A DNA stretch of 30,417 nt, taken from Fibrobacterota bacterium. GTDB taxonomy: Bacteria > Fibrobacterota > Fibrobacteria > UBA11236. The translations under genes and the position numbers were made by a program. Below the pieces are notes generated by a model. It was not told the DNA's origin and searched no databases. It saw only the letters and a program-made list of their open reading frames with translations. The DNA is taken from NCBI GenBank assembly GCA_043753995.1, contig JAYUVP010000203.1, positions 1-30,417 of the forward strand, read 5' to 3'. This document shows, piece by piece, positions 8,640-17,044 of this stretch (its first letter is position 1; every line of letters begins with the position of its first letter).

Positions 8640-10031
8640 TCAGGCACCCACCACGCTTACCGTAGGGGATAGGGTATTCTCTGGTAAAAGCAAATGCGAA
8701 AGATGATGGGGTTTGGCGGTTTGAATATGCTCAGGGATAGAGGGTCCATCGCAAAGGTATCCCAGGGGTAAACCGGTACGGCGGGTTAAAGTGTGCATGC
8801 CTCCTAATTCCAAGCATTCATCCAAGCGAGTCAAAGCGAGGCTGCCAGGTCGATAAGCTTGAAAGCGGCGGCATTGATTTTCAAGTTCACGCGCGCGCGT
8901 CGTCGCCGAAAGAATCAATAAGGTTTCGTCAGGTTCAAAGGCGCGTACCAAGGCCAATTGGCGATCGGCATCTGTATCGCCCGACTGGGGAGCACGACCC
9001 GCGGTGTCGAGCAAGATCAAATCGCAATCAACTAAATGAGGCGCAGCTTTATTGAGATCCTCCGGTCCGAAAACCTGCACCACCGGCATGCCCGAGGTGC
9101 GCCCGAAGGCTTCCAATTGGGCTTGGGCCCCCAGGCGAACCGAATCTCCTGCCAGCAGCCCGACCTTGCGGCCTGTGCGAATGGCTGCGACTGCGGCAAG
9201 CTTGAGCAGGGTGGTGGTTTTACCCGCTCCGGCAGGACCGACCACGGCAAGCCGGGTGGCGCGTCCACGAACAAAACGCACGCCGCCGGTGCAGCGCACT
9301 TCTTGCAGCAGCAGGCGACGTAAGGTTTGGCGTATTTCCTTGACCGTTGCTTCATTGGGCAATTGGGAGAGAGCGGCGATGAGCAGACGTCTGGCATCGG
9401 CGCGATCAAAGCCACAATGCAAAAGCTGATCGTTGAGGACGGTGGCCGGGCTTTCATTTCCTTGCATCCAGGGCTCGCGATGCTGTGTGCCGGCCAGGGC
9501 CTGGCGAATTTCATCGGTGAGAATGCGCAATTCGCGCGTGGGCATTTCAACGCTTTCTTTGACGTCACGAAATTCACTGCGTAGCATATCGAGGAATTTC
9601 GATTGGGCTTTTTCGCCATCCGCCTTGGCGGTCACAGGTAGGGCGGCGGGCACGGGATCAATTCCCTTGGGCTTGGCGGGTTCGCCCACGCTTCGGCCTT
9701 GCTCATCCACACGGGGAAGGTTGCCGCGCCAATCATAGCTAGGCACCCTTCCAGCTGCGGCGGGCCGAGCTTCTGGCATGGCGGAGGTGGCTCTTTTGCC
9801 GATTTCGGGTTTGGGCGCCTGGGCCGATGGCATCGGTGCCAAAGAGGTTGATGTGTTCATGGCCAAGTCGGTTTCGAGGGCAGCCGTTACTTCAAAAAGA
9901 TCGACGAGTTTCACACCCGAACGTCGGCTCACCTTTCGGCTTTTGAGAATAACCGCGTCCTCACCCAAGTCGGCTTTCACCTTGGCGAGGGCCTCGTGCA
10001 TGGTTTCGGCTTCAAACGTTTTCATTTTCAT
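8640..10031 (-). CDS. flhF: SRP-type flagellar GTPase FlhF with divergent motifs
   Basis: N-terminal KTFEAETMHEALAKVKADLGEDAVIL, P-loop GPAGAGKTT, DTAGR, position after flhA. Confidence 0.9.
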   Translation of the reverse strand: MKMKTFEAETMHEALAKVKADLGEDAVILKSRKVSRRSGVKLVDLFEVTAALETDLAMNTSTSLAPMPSAQAPKPEIGKRATSAMPEARPAAAGRVPSYDWRGNLPRVDEQGRSVGEPAKPKGIDPVPAALPVTAKADGEKAQSKFLDMLRSEFRDVKESVEMPTRELRILTDEIRQALAGTQHREPWMQGNESPATVLNDQLLHCGFDRADARRLLIAALSQLPNEATVKEIRQTLRRLLLQEVRCTGGVRFVRGRATRLAVVGPAGAGKTTTLLKLAAVAAIRTGRKVGLLAGDSVRLGAQAQLEAFGRTSGMPVVQVFGPEDLNKAAPHLVDCDLILLDTAGRAPQSGDTDADRQLALVRAFEPDETLLILSATTRARELENQCRRFQAYRPGSLALTRLDECLELGGMHTLTRRTGLPLGYLCDGPSIPEHIQTAKPHHLSHLLLPENTLSPTVSVVGA

Positions 10032-12108
10032 GGATTACCACCGTTCCTGTCGCCTTCACATGAGTTCCATTGACGATTTCATTGTAGGCCAGCAAATTCA
10101 CTTGAGGAAAGCTGCCTTCCAAAAGTTTTCGCAAGGCAAAGCGGATGCCGGGCGAGCAAAGCAAAACCGGTTGCTGGCCTTGGGCTATCATTTTTTCCAC
10201 CAATGGCGTCAGGCGCCCCACCAATTTGCTGACCAACTCGGGTCGAATCACGATGCGCGGACCGCGTTCGGTGGTCTGTACCGAGGCTTCCAAGGTTTGT
10301 TCCAGGCGCGGTTCAAGACTGATGCAGTGGATAATGCCCTTTTCATCGCGGAAAGTCTTGCACAATTGACGCGATAAGGCCATACGGCATTGCTCGGTTA
10401 AGAAAGCCTCGCTTTTCGAAAGTCGGGCAGCATTGGCCATCGCCTCTAGTAAGGAACCTAAATCTCGAATGGATACCTTTTCCGAGAGTAGGTTCATCAA
10501 AACGCGCTGCACCTCACCGACGCCAAGCACGCCTGGAATCAATTCGTCCACGACAGCGGAATTGGTCAACTTCACATTGTCTACTAAGGACTTCACGTCT
10601 TGCCGTGTCAATAAATCGCCGGCATGGCGGCGAATGATCTCGGTCAAATGAGTGGCAATCACCGCGGGTAATTCGACAACAGTATAACCGGCGATATCGG
10701 CCGCTTCGCGTTGCGACGCGGTGATCCAAATTGCGGGCAAGCCAAAGGCGGGTTCAACGGTGGGGATGCCGGAAATTTTTTGGCTGGTGCCGCCAGGATC
10801 CATGGCGAGGAAACATCCCGTCATCATGTCTCCGCCACCGACCTCGACACCTTTGATTTTCACGATATACTGATTCGGTTTCAATTGAATATTGTCACGA
10901 ATACGAATAGGGGGCACGATGACGCCGATTTCGGTGGCACATTGGCGTCGCAGCATGGTGATGCGCTCTAGTAAATCGCCGCCTTGATTGATATCCACAA
11001 GGGGAATGAGACCATAACCGATTTCCAGCTCCATTTGATCGACTTGCAAATAGCTTTCGATTTTATCCGCGGGTACGGTTTCCTCTTGCTCAGTTTTTTC
11101 TTTCTCGGCGGCGACTTCCTCGACGGCTTTTTTCTTTTGCCCCTTGCCCACTAAAATGGCAATGCCGGCGATGGCCGCCGCGAGCAATAGAAAGGGAAAG
11201 GTGGGCATGCCTGGGATCAAGGCGATGACGGCCATGAATCCGGTTGCCGTCCAAAGCGATTTAGTGCTTTGGGAAAGTTGGGTGAGCACTTCTTCACCGA
11301 GATTCTTTTTGCTGGCGGCGCGCGCCACGATAATGCCCGAGGCCGTGGATATCATCAGCGAGGGAATTTGGGTGACCAAGCCGTCACCAATGGTCAGAAT
11401 GGTGAATTTTTTAAGAGAATCCACAAAGCTCAATTCGAGCATGGTCATGCCGACGACGAAGCCACCCAGAATATTGACGACGGTGATGATCATGCCGGCC
11501 ACGGCATCGCCTCGGACGAATTTACTGGCACCGTCCATAGCCCCATAAAAGTCGGCTTCACGAGAGATGTCTTTGCGACGCTGCTTGGCCTCTTGCTCGG
11601 TGATAATGCCGGCATTGAGATCGGCATCCACGGCCATTTGCTTGCCGGGCATGGCGTCCAAGGTAAAGCGCGCTGCCACTTCGGCGATACGACTTGAGCC
11701 CTTGGTAATGACCACGAATTGAATGATGACCAGGATGATGAAAATGATGGCGCCGACCACCATATTGCCCTTGGTCACGAAATAGCCGAAAGAGTGAATT
11801 ACGGCACCCGCTTCCCCGGTGGAAAGGACGAGGCGGGTGGTTGCGACGTTCAGCCCTAGGCGGTACAGGGTAATGATGAGCAGCAAGCCCGGAAACACGG
11901 ACATGTCCAGGACATTTTCGATATACATCGAAATCATCATGATGATGAGGGCGACGGCAATCATCACGGTCAGTAGGATGTCTAACAGGAAAGGAGGCAG
12001 CGGCACAATCATCAAGGCGATGATGGCGATGAGCAAAAGGGCAATGGTCAAGTCCTTCTCGGCGAGAAGGATGCGGCCCAGTTTTTCCGTTCTAGCTAAA
12101 AGTTGCAT
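10012..12108 (-). CDS. flhA: Flagellar export protein FlhA
   Basis: RIAEVAARFTLDAMPGKQMAVDADL, FYGAMDGASKFVRGDA, TIGDGLVTQIP. Confidence 0.97.
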   Translation of the reverse strand: MQLLARTEKLGRILLAEKDLTIALLLIAIIALMIVPLPPFLLDILLTVMIAVALIIMMISMYIENVLDMSVFPGLLLIITLYRLGLNVATTRLVLSTGEAGAVIHSFGYFVTKGNMVVGAIIFIILVIIQFVVITKGSSRIAEVAARFTLDAMPGKQMAVDADLNAGIITEQEAKQRRKDISREADFYGAMDGASKFVRGDAVAGMIITVVNILGGFVVGMTMLELSFVDSLKKFTILTIGDGLVTQIPSLMISTASGIIVARAASKKNLGEEVLTQLSQSTKSLWTATGFMAVIALIPGMPTFPFLLLAAAIAGIAILVGKGQKKKAVEEVAAEKEKTEQEETVPADKIESYLQVDQMELEIGYGLIPLVDINQGGDLLERITMLRRQCATEIGVIVPPIRIRDNIQLKPNQYIVKIKGVEVGGGDMMTGCFLAMDPGGTSQKISGIPTVEPAFGLPAIWITASQREAADIAGYTVVELPAVIATHLTEIIRRHAGDLLTRQDVKSLVDNVKLTNSAVVDELIPGVLGVGEVQRVLMNLLSEKVSIRDLGSLLEAMANAARLSKSEAFLTEQCRMALSRQLCKTFRDEKGIIHCISLEPRLEQTLEASVQTTERGPRIVIRPELVSKLVGRLTPLVEKMIAQGQQPVLLCSPGIRFALRKLLEGSFPQVNLLAYNEIVNGTHVKATGTVVIHENENV

Positions 12109-12113
12109 GTTCC

Positions 12114-12141
12114 TAAAGTTGCCGGACCATCCTGCCGATAA
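12114..12141 (+). promoter_or_regulatory. Putative sigma28 promoter, antisense to the flagellar operon
   Basis: TAAA(GTT)-N16-GCCGATAA; both boxes match consensus, spacer is 1 nt longer than the E. coli mode of 15. Confidence 0.6.
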
Positions 12142-12174
12142 CTTGGCGGGGGAGGTGCGGGCGGAACTGACTAC

Positions 12175-12189
12175 GCAAACTTGGGGCCG
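12175..12189 (-). promoter_or_regulatory. Putative sigma54 promoter of flhA
   Basis: CGGCCCC-AAGT-TTGC with exact GG-N10-GC spacing, in the 175-bp flhB-flhA gap. Confidence 0.55.
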
Positions 12190-12283
12190 AGAGAGTTTGC
12201 CGCGAAAAAGTCGGGTTGAAAAGAATTAGCTCGCAGGAAAGTTGAAGCGAAAACGGCGAATCGGCGGCAAACACCGCATTCGG

Positions 12284-13363
12284 TCAAGCCGCGGTGCGGG
12301 ATCCGGCACGACCATTCAGGCCTATCACATAGGCCAAAATTTCCGCTACGGCGGCAAAGAATTCCGGTGGAATAGGATCGCCCACCTCGGCAACTTCGAA
12401 TAGACTTCGCGCCAGGGGTTTGTCTTCCACTATGGGGATTTGATGGCTTTTCGCAATGTCTCGAATTCTTTCAGCGATAAGACGTTTGCCCTTAGCCACC
12501 ATAATAGGCGCGGCATCGACTCCGTTTTCATACCGCAGAGCAATGGCTATAAAGGTGGGATTGGTGATGATGACGGTAGCCTTGGGAATTTCATGCATCA
12601 TCATATTGCGGTGCATTTCCTGACGCACGCGCTTGATTTTTCCCTTGATATGCGGATCGCCTTCGGAAGCCCGCGCCTCATCCTTCACTTCCTGCTTGGT
12701 CATTTTCAATTTGTCGAACCATTGCTTATGTCGCCACCAATAGTCGAAGGCTCCAACCAGCATTAAAAACAATCCGCATTTCCAAAGAATCTCCTGGGTA
12801 ATGCTTCCGACGAGACTGAGAATTTGTTCGACATCTTGATCGGCGGTTTGAAGATATTCGCGATAATGACGTGAAACCACTTGATAGCCTACGACACCAA
12901 CCATGGCCATCTTGACTATGCTTTTCCCCATTTCGATCCAGGCCTCTTTATTAACCATCCTCTTCAAGCCTGAAAATTGAAAAATCCGAGCAAAATTGGG
13001 CTTCAACTGTTTGGTGCTGAAAAGGAAGCTTGTCTGATAGGCCTGAATGAGAAGGGACACGCCGGCAATAGTTCCCACGAGAGGCAACATAATCCACAAA
13101 AAAATGGGAAGGCCATCGCGTATCACGGAGGAAAAACGGCCTGGAAAATCTTCATAGTGTGAAATCCACTCAAAGCTGCTGCTCATGACCTGGCCCATTT
13201 TTTCGCCGGTACGTGCGCCGAATAACCACAGGGCACCGGCGGCGGCGAGAATCACCATGGCGGAATTCAATTCGGAACTGGTCGAGATATTTCCTTGCGA
13301 ACGCGCCTCGGAAAGTCTTTTCCCGGTTGGCGCTTCGGTTTTGCCTTCGTCTTCCGAGGACAT
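12284..13363 (-). CDS. flhB: Flagellar export switch protein FlhB
   Basis: KTEAPTGKRL, LKMTKQEVKDE, EGDPHIK, NPT cleavage motif, PLARSL. Confidence 0.96.
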   Translation of the reverse strand: MSSEDEGKTEAPTGKRLSEARSQGNISTSSELNSAMVILAAAGALWLFGARTGEKMGQVMSSSFEWISHYEDFPGRFSSVIRDGLPIFLWIMLPLVGTIAGVSLLIQAYQTSFLFSTKQLKPNFARIFQFSGLKRMVNKEAWIEMGKSIVKMAMVGVVGYQVVSRHYREYLQTADQDVEQILSLVGSITQEILWKCGLFLMLVGAFDYWWRHKQWFDKLKMTKQEVKDEARASEGDPHIKGKIKRVRQEMHRNMMMHEIPKATVIITNPTFIAIALRYENGVDAAPIMVAKGKRLIAERIRDIAKSHQIPIVEDKPLARSLFEVAEVGDPIPPEFFAAVAEILAYVIGLNGRAGSRTAA

Positions 13364-13382
13364 GGTTCAAGCTCCCGAAGGG

Positions 13383-14198
13383 CTAAAGCGGGCTTCCCAA
13401 AACACGCTGCAAGGCCATGACATGGGACAAAATGATTTCATGGTGCCTTTGAAAAAGTTTCCAAAGCACGGGCAATGTCGTCCAAAGCACCAAGACTCCC
13501 AACCCAATTTTCAACGGCGCACCGATAAGCCAGACATTCATTTGAGGCATGATACGTGCCACGATAGCTAGGGCCACCGTGGTTAAAAACAAAGTCACCA
13601 ATACCGGGGCACTGGCCTTTATTCCGAAAATGAATCCTAAGGTGGTCAGTCTTAAAAAGATTTCAATCACCCCGTCACTTGCCATATTGGCCCCGGCCAA
13701 GGGTATGGAGCGAAAAGATTCGCCGATGGCCTGCAACCAGTAGACATAGCCCCCACTGGCTATCAGCAACATTCCGAAAATCAATTGGATGAAATTCCCG
13801 ATGGCGGTTTCCTCCTCGGCGCTCAAAGGATTAAAAAGATGAACCATGGAAAAGCCGATTTCCTGATCCATCCAACTACCGGCGAGCCGTAATCCGAAAA
13901 AGGCGAAAGTTCCGGCAAAGCCCATGACGGCTCCGACATAAATTTCGCGAAGGGCCAGGGCAAACAAATCCGCTGGAGATTCCGGTAATCCAATGCTTTG
14001 GGGGGGAATGGTTGGAAAAATCAAAAGGCTGATAAAAAAGGCCAGGCCGGCCCGCAAAGAGAGCGGGACGTCTTCCGTCATTAATACTGGCAACATGAAA
14101 ACACAAATGCTGATGCGTATCAGGGAAAGCAGCCACAATTCCACCTGGGTGACAGTGAAATCCTGAAGCGTTGGAATGCCGGGAATCAGAGCTTGCAC
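13383..14198 (-). CDS. fliR: Flagellar export protein FliR
   Basis: Hydrophobic, AGSWMDQEIGFS, ARIMPQMNVWLIGAPLKI; located between fliQ and flhB. Confidence 0.92.
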   Translation of the reverse strand: MQALIPGIPTLQDFTVTQVELWLLSLIRISICVFMLPVLMTEDVPLSLRAGLAFFISLLIFPTIPPQSIGLPESPADLFALALREIYVGAVMGFAGTFAFFGLRLAGSWMDQEIGFSMVHLFNPLSAEEETAIGNFIQLIFGMLLIASGGYVYWLQAIGESFRSIPLAGANMASDGVIEIFLRLTTLGFIFGIKASAPVLVTLFLTTVALAIVARIMPQMNVWLIGAPLKIGLGVLVLWTTLPVLWKLFQRHHEIILSHVMALQRVLGSPL

Positions 14199-14204
14199 GG
14201 GATC

Positions 14205-14410
14205 AAGTAAAAAGGAAAAAGAGGAAGCAAGTAAAAAGTAATAAGTTAAAAGTTAAATGTGAAGACCGGACGAATCTAGGGAGCAGCATAGGGTGCCAAA
14301 GGTGAAAACATTGATTTGGCTTTTCCGGTGTATTTGCGTTCGCGTTTGTATTCACTTTTAACTTTCTATCACAGCTTAATCCTAAGATATTTCCTTTGAA
14401 CTTTTACCTT
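14205..14410. repeat. Degenerate 7-nt tandem repeats (AAGTWAA-like) as two inverted arms
   Basis: Left arm AAGTAAA AAGGAAA AAGAGGA agc AAGTAAA AAGTAAT AAGTTAA AAGTTAA ATGTGAA (14205-14263); right arm TTCACTT TTAACTT (14351-14364) and TTTCCTT TGAACTT TTACCTT (14390-14410). Confidence 0.75.
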
Positions 14411-14413
14411 CCC

Positions 14414-14686
14414 TTAGCCTCGTAGCAACTGCGGAATGTGCTGTAGTAAATCGTGAAAGTATCCTCGAAAGATTTGAAGCATCCAGGGGAGAAAGAACAT
14501 CAGGGCAGCGCCCATGGCGACGAGCTTGGGAATAAAGGTGAGGGTGGATTCGGAAAGGTGGGTGGCGGCTTGAAAAATGCTGATTCCCAATCCTACGACT
14601 AGGGAAAGCAAAAGCATCGGGCCTGAAAGCAGGATCATGGTTAAAAGCGTTTGCCTTCCGATTTCAATGATCATGGCGTCGGACAT
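14414..14686 (-). CDS. fliQ: Flagellar export protein FliQ
   Basis: 90 aa from the ATG at 14686, just after the fliP stop; SIFQAATHLSESTLTFIPKL. Confidence 0.93.
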   Translation of the reverse strand: MSDAMIIEIGRQTLLTMILLSGPMLLLSLVVGLGISIFQAATHLSESTLTFIPKLVAMGAALMFFLPWMLQIFRGYFHDLLQHIPQLLRG

Positions 14687-14688
14687 GG

Positions 14689-15492
14689 CTATCGAAAACT
14701 CATGACAAGTTGGTGTATGACAAGGTTCCAACCGTCGACAAGCACAAAGAGAATCAGCTTGAAGGGGGTGGATATCATCATGGGCGGTAGCATCATCATG
14801 CCCATGGACATCAGCACCGAGGCCACCACCATGTCGATGATGAGAAACGGCAAATAAATGAGAAAGCCGATGATGAATGCTGACCGTAATTCACTGAGGC
14901 AAAATGCTGGGATCAAGGTGATATAGCCGATGTCATCCGCATTGCGCGGTGCGGGCATGCGCGAGAGGCGTACCATCAGGGCTAAATCTTTTTCATCGAC
15001 TTGTCGCATCATGAATTCGCGCAAAGGCTTCATGCCACGGTCCAAGGCGACTTGATAGTTAATCTCCTTTTTTAGATAAGGCTGCAGGCCGTCATCATTC
15101 ATGCGTGTCAAGGTGGGATGCATGACAAAAAAGGTGAGGAATAGCGCGAGGCCCATGAGCATTTGGTTGGGCGGGGCGTTTTGGGTTCCCATGGCTTGGC
15201 GCAGAAAGCCAAGCACCACGGCAATGCGCGTAAAGCAAGTCATCATGATCAGAATGGACGGAGCCAGGCTGAGCACCGTCATCATAGCCACGAGTTGAAG
15301 GGTGACGGCAATGTCGCCTGGATCACCGGCCTTATTGAATTCAACGCTTAATTTTGGAAGCACTTGGGCATCGGCATTCAGCCATCCCATCCCCAGTAAA
15401 ATCAACCCTCCCAGAGCATGGCGAGATCTGACCCGAAATTGACTGCAGCGCAGTTTAACTTGAGCCGATAAAGTCGAAGGGGGGAGGCTCAT
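14689..15492 (-). CDS. fliP: Flagellar export protein FliP
   Basis: MMTCFTRI, QNAPPNQ, LIPAFCLSEL, MGMMMLPP, FVLVDGWNL. Confidence 0.96.
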   Translation of the reverse strand: MSLPPSTLSAQVKLRCSQFRVRSRHALGGLILLGMGWLNADAQVLPKLSVEFNKAGDPGDIAVTLQLVAMMTVLSLAPSILIMMTCFTRIAVVLGFLRQAMGTQNAPPNQMLMGLALFLTFFVMHPTLTRMNDDGLQPYLKKEINYQVALDRGMKPLREFMMRQVDEKDLALMVRLSRMPAPRNADDIGYITLIPAFCLSELRSAFIIGFLIYLPFLIIDMVVASVLMSMGMMMLPPMMISTPFKLILFVLVDGWNLVIHQLVMSFR

Positions 15493-16037
15493 TTTGTTTC
15501 CATTAATTCCGAAACTTTTTTCGGTTTTTTAAAGCGGTCCAAAAGGCGATTCAGATTTTCCGAAAAGGCTTGGGGATTGGATTGTCTGGAGGCTAGGGTT
15601 TCCTGAGCACTTTCGTCCAGCAGGTGGAGCATTTGCATGCTTTCCTTACTCGCCCCGATGATGCCAATGCGATTACCCATTCGCACAGCGAAAATGCGTT
15701 GATGGGTTCCGAGGTGGCAGGTCTCTACGACTTCGAGCAAATCTCCCGCTGCTGGACCGGACCCCCGCAGCATGCCACCTTGCAGCTTTTTCAATAAACG
15801 AATGGATATCACGGCCAGGGCAAGCACCATCAAAAGCACGGCGGCAATTTCCACGGTGAGCCAAAACGGATGAACATTGGATGCCGCTGCCATGGCGGTG
15901 TCGGGCAGGCTCTCTTCTGCGGCAATGGCCAGCTGCATTTTTTGAAATTTTTCAGCGACGAGATCTTCCGCAGCTATGGCCATGCCTGCAGGGAAGGACA
16001 CCGCAAGGAAAAGGGAAAACAGGGGAAAAGCTTTCAT
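15489..16037 (-). CDS. fliO: FliO/FliZ-family flagellar protein
   Basis: Signal-like N-terminus, one TM helix, then beta-rich LEVVETCHLGTHQRIFAVRMG; located between fliN/Y and fliP. Confidence 0.8.
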   Translation of the reverse strand: MKAFPLFSLFLAVSFPAGMAIAAEDLVAEKFQKMQLAIAAEESLPDTAMAAASNVHPFWLTVEIAAVLLMVLALAVISIRLLKKLQGGMLRGSGPAAGDLLEVVETCHLGTHQRIFAVRMGNRIGIIGASKESMQMLHLLDESAQETLASRQSNPQAFSENLNRLLDRFKKPKKVSELMETK

Positions 16038-17044
16038 CGCAATTGTTTAATCCGCTCTTCGGGTGAAATGAGGGAGAGGACCCGTATGCCGAAATACTCG
16101 TCCACCACGACGACCTCGCCTCGTGCTACGACGCGATCATTCACAAGCAAATCCACGGGTTCGCCCGCGAGGCGATCCAGTTCGACGATGGATCCTGGAC
16201 CTAGTTCTAGGATTTTACGTATCGATAATCGAGCCCGCCCCAATTCGATCGTGACATTCAAGGGAATATCCAGCAGCATATCGACATTGGGCGACTGCGA
16301 CTGGGAAGACATGGCCAGGGACTTGTCGAAACTATTCGAACGCGCAACATTTTCAACATCGGTGAGCGGCGCGTCATGCGAGGGCTGCTGTCGCGGTGGC
16401 GGAGTCGACGGCGCAATGTCTTCGGAATGCTCAGTAAAAGCCATCACCAGGGGCTGTGACAAAAATAGGCGCACTTGGCCACGCTCTTTGTCGTCCATGG
16501 AGATGCGTACTTCAATGGAGGCCGCGCCATTCAGGGAAAAAGGCGGAGAACTGGGATCGAATGGAGAAATGCGCGCCTGGGTGGCTGCGAGCGAAACCTC
16601 GTAATGCTGCCCCAGGGCGGTGCTTACGGCCCCAAGGATTTGATTCCCAAGCTCTTTGAATGCGTCGAGATGTTCGTCCTTAAATGCGGATTTCAAATCG
16701 CCGCCTACCATGGCTTCGGAGAGCAAGGCGACCAATTCCCTCTCGGCCACCAAGGCCAATTCGCCGCTAAAGCCGTGCTCGAAGCCTGCGACCAAGGCCA
16801 GGGCTCCATCACTCAAATTCGCGACCGACTCCTCATTTTCGCCGGACCAGATTTCTCCCACCGTGGCGCTCACGGGTCGATTCACCAAGGTGCCGATCAC
16901 TATGCCCATATGATCGGCAATTAATTCGACTGCAGTGCGAATGCTTTCGGGGTTCAAACCGCTGGCCGATGGGCTGGATCCCACCAAGCCTCCGGAGAGC
17001 AAGGCGTCGATGTCGGCCTGACTTAATATGCCGTCGTCACCCAT
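16034..17044 (-). CDS. fliY: Motor switch protein FliY/FliN (CheC-like domain plus SpoA domain)
   Basis: LSQADIDALL, AFKELGNQILG, and C-terminal LLDIPLNVTIELG...GEVVVVDEYFGIRV. Confidence 0.88.
   Translation of the reverse strand: MGDDGILSQADIDALLSGGLVGSSPSASGLNPESIRTAVELIADHMGIVIGTLVNRPVSATVGEIWSGENEESVANLSDGALALVAGFEHGFSGELALVAERELVALLSEAMVGGDLKSAFKDEHLDAFKELGNQILGAVSTALGQHYEVSLAATQARISPFDPSSPPFSLNGAASIEVRISMDDKERGQVRLFLSQPLVMAFTEHSEDIAPSTPPPRQQPSHDAPLTDVENVARSNSFDKSLAMSSQSQSPNVDMLLDIPLNVTIELGRARLSIRKILELGPGSIVELDRLAGEPVDLLVNDRVVARGEVVVVDEYFGIRVLSLISPEERIKQLR

Noticed and set aside
14283..14298. Sigma54 promoter for fliR (TGGCACC-CTATG-CTGC)
   Set aside because: GG-to-GC spacing is 11, not the strictly required 10
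14205..14410. CRISPR array
   Set aside because: Units are 7-nt degenerate tandem repeats without spacers, and no cas genes are present
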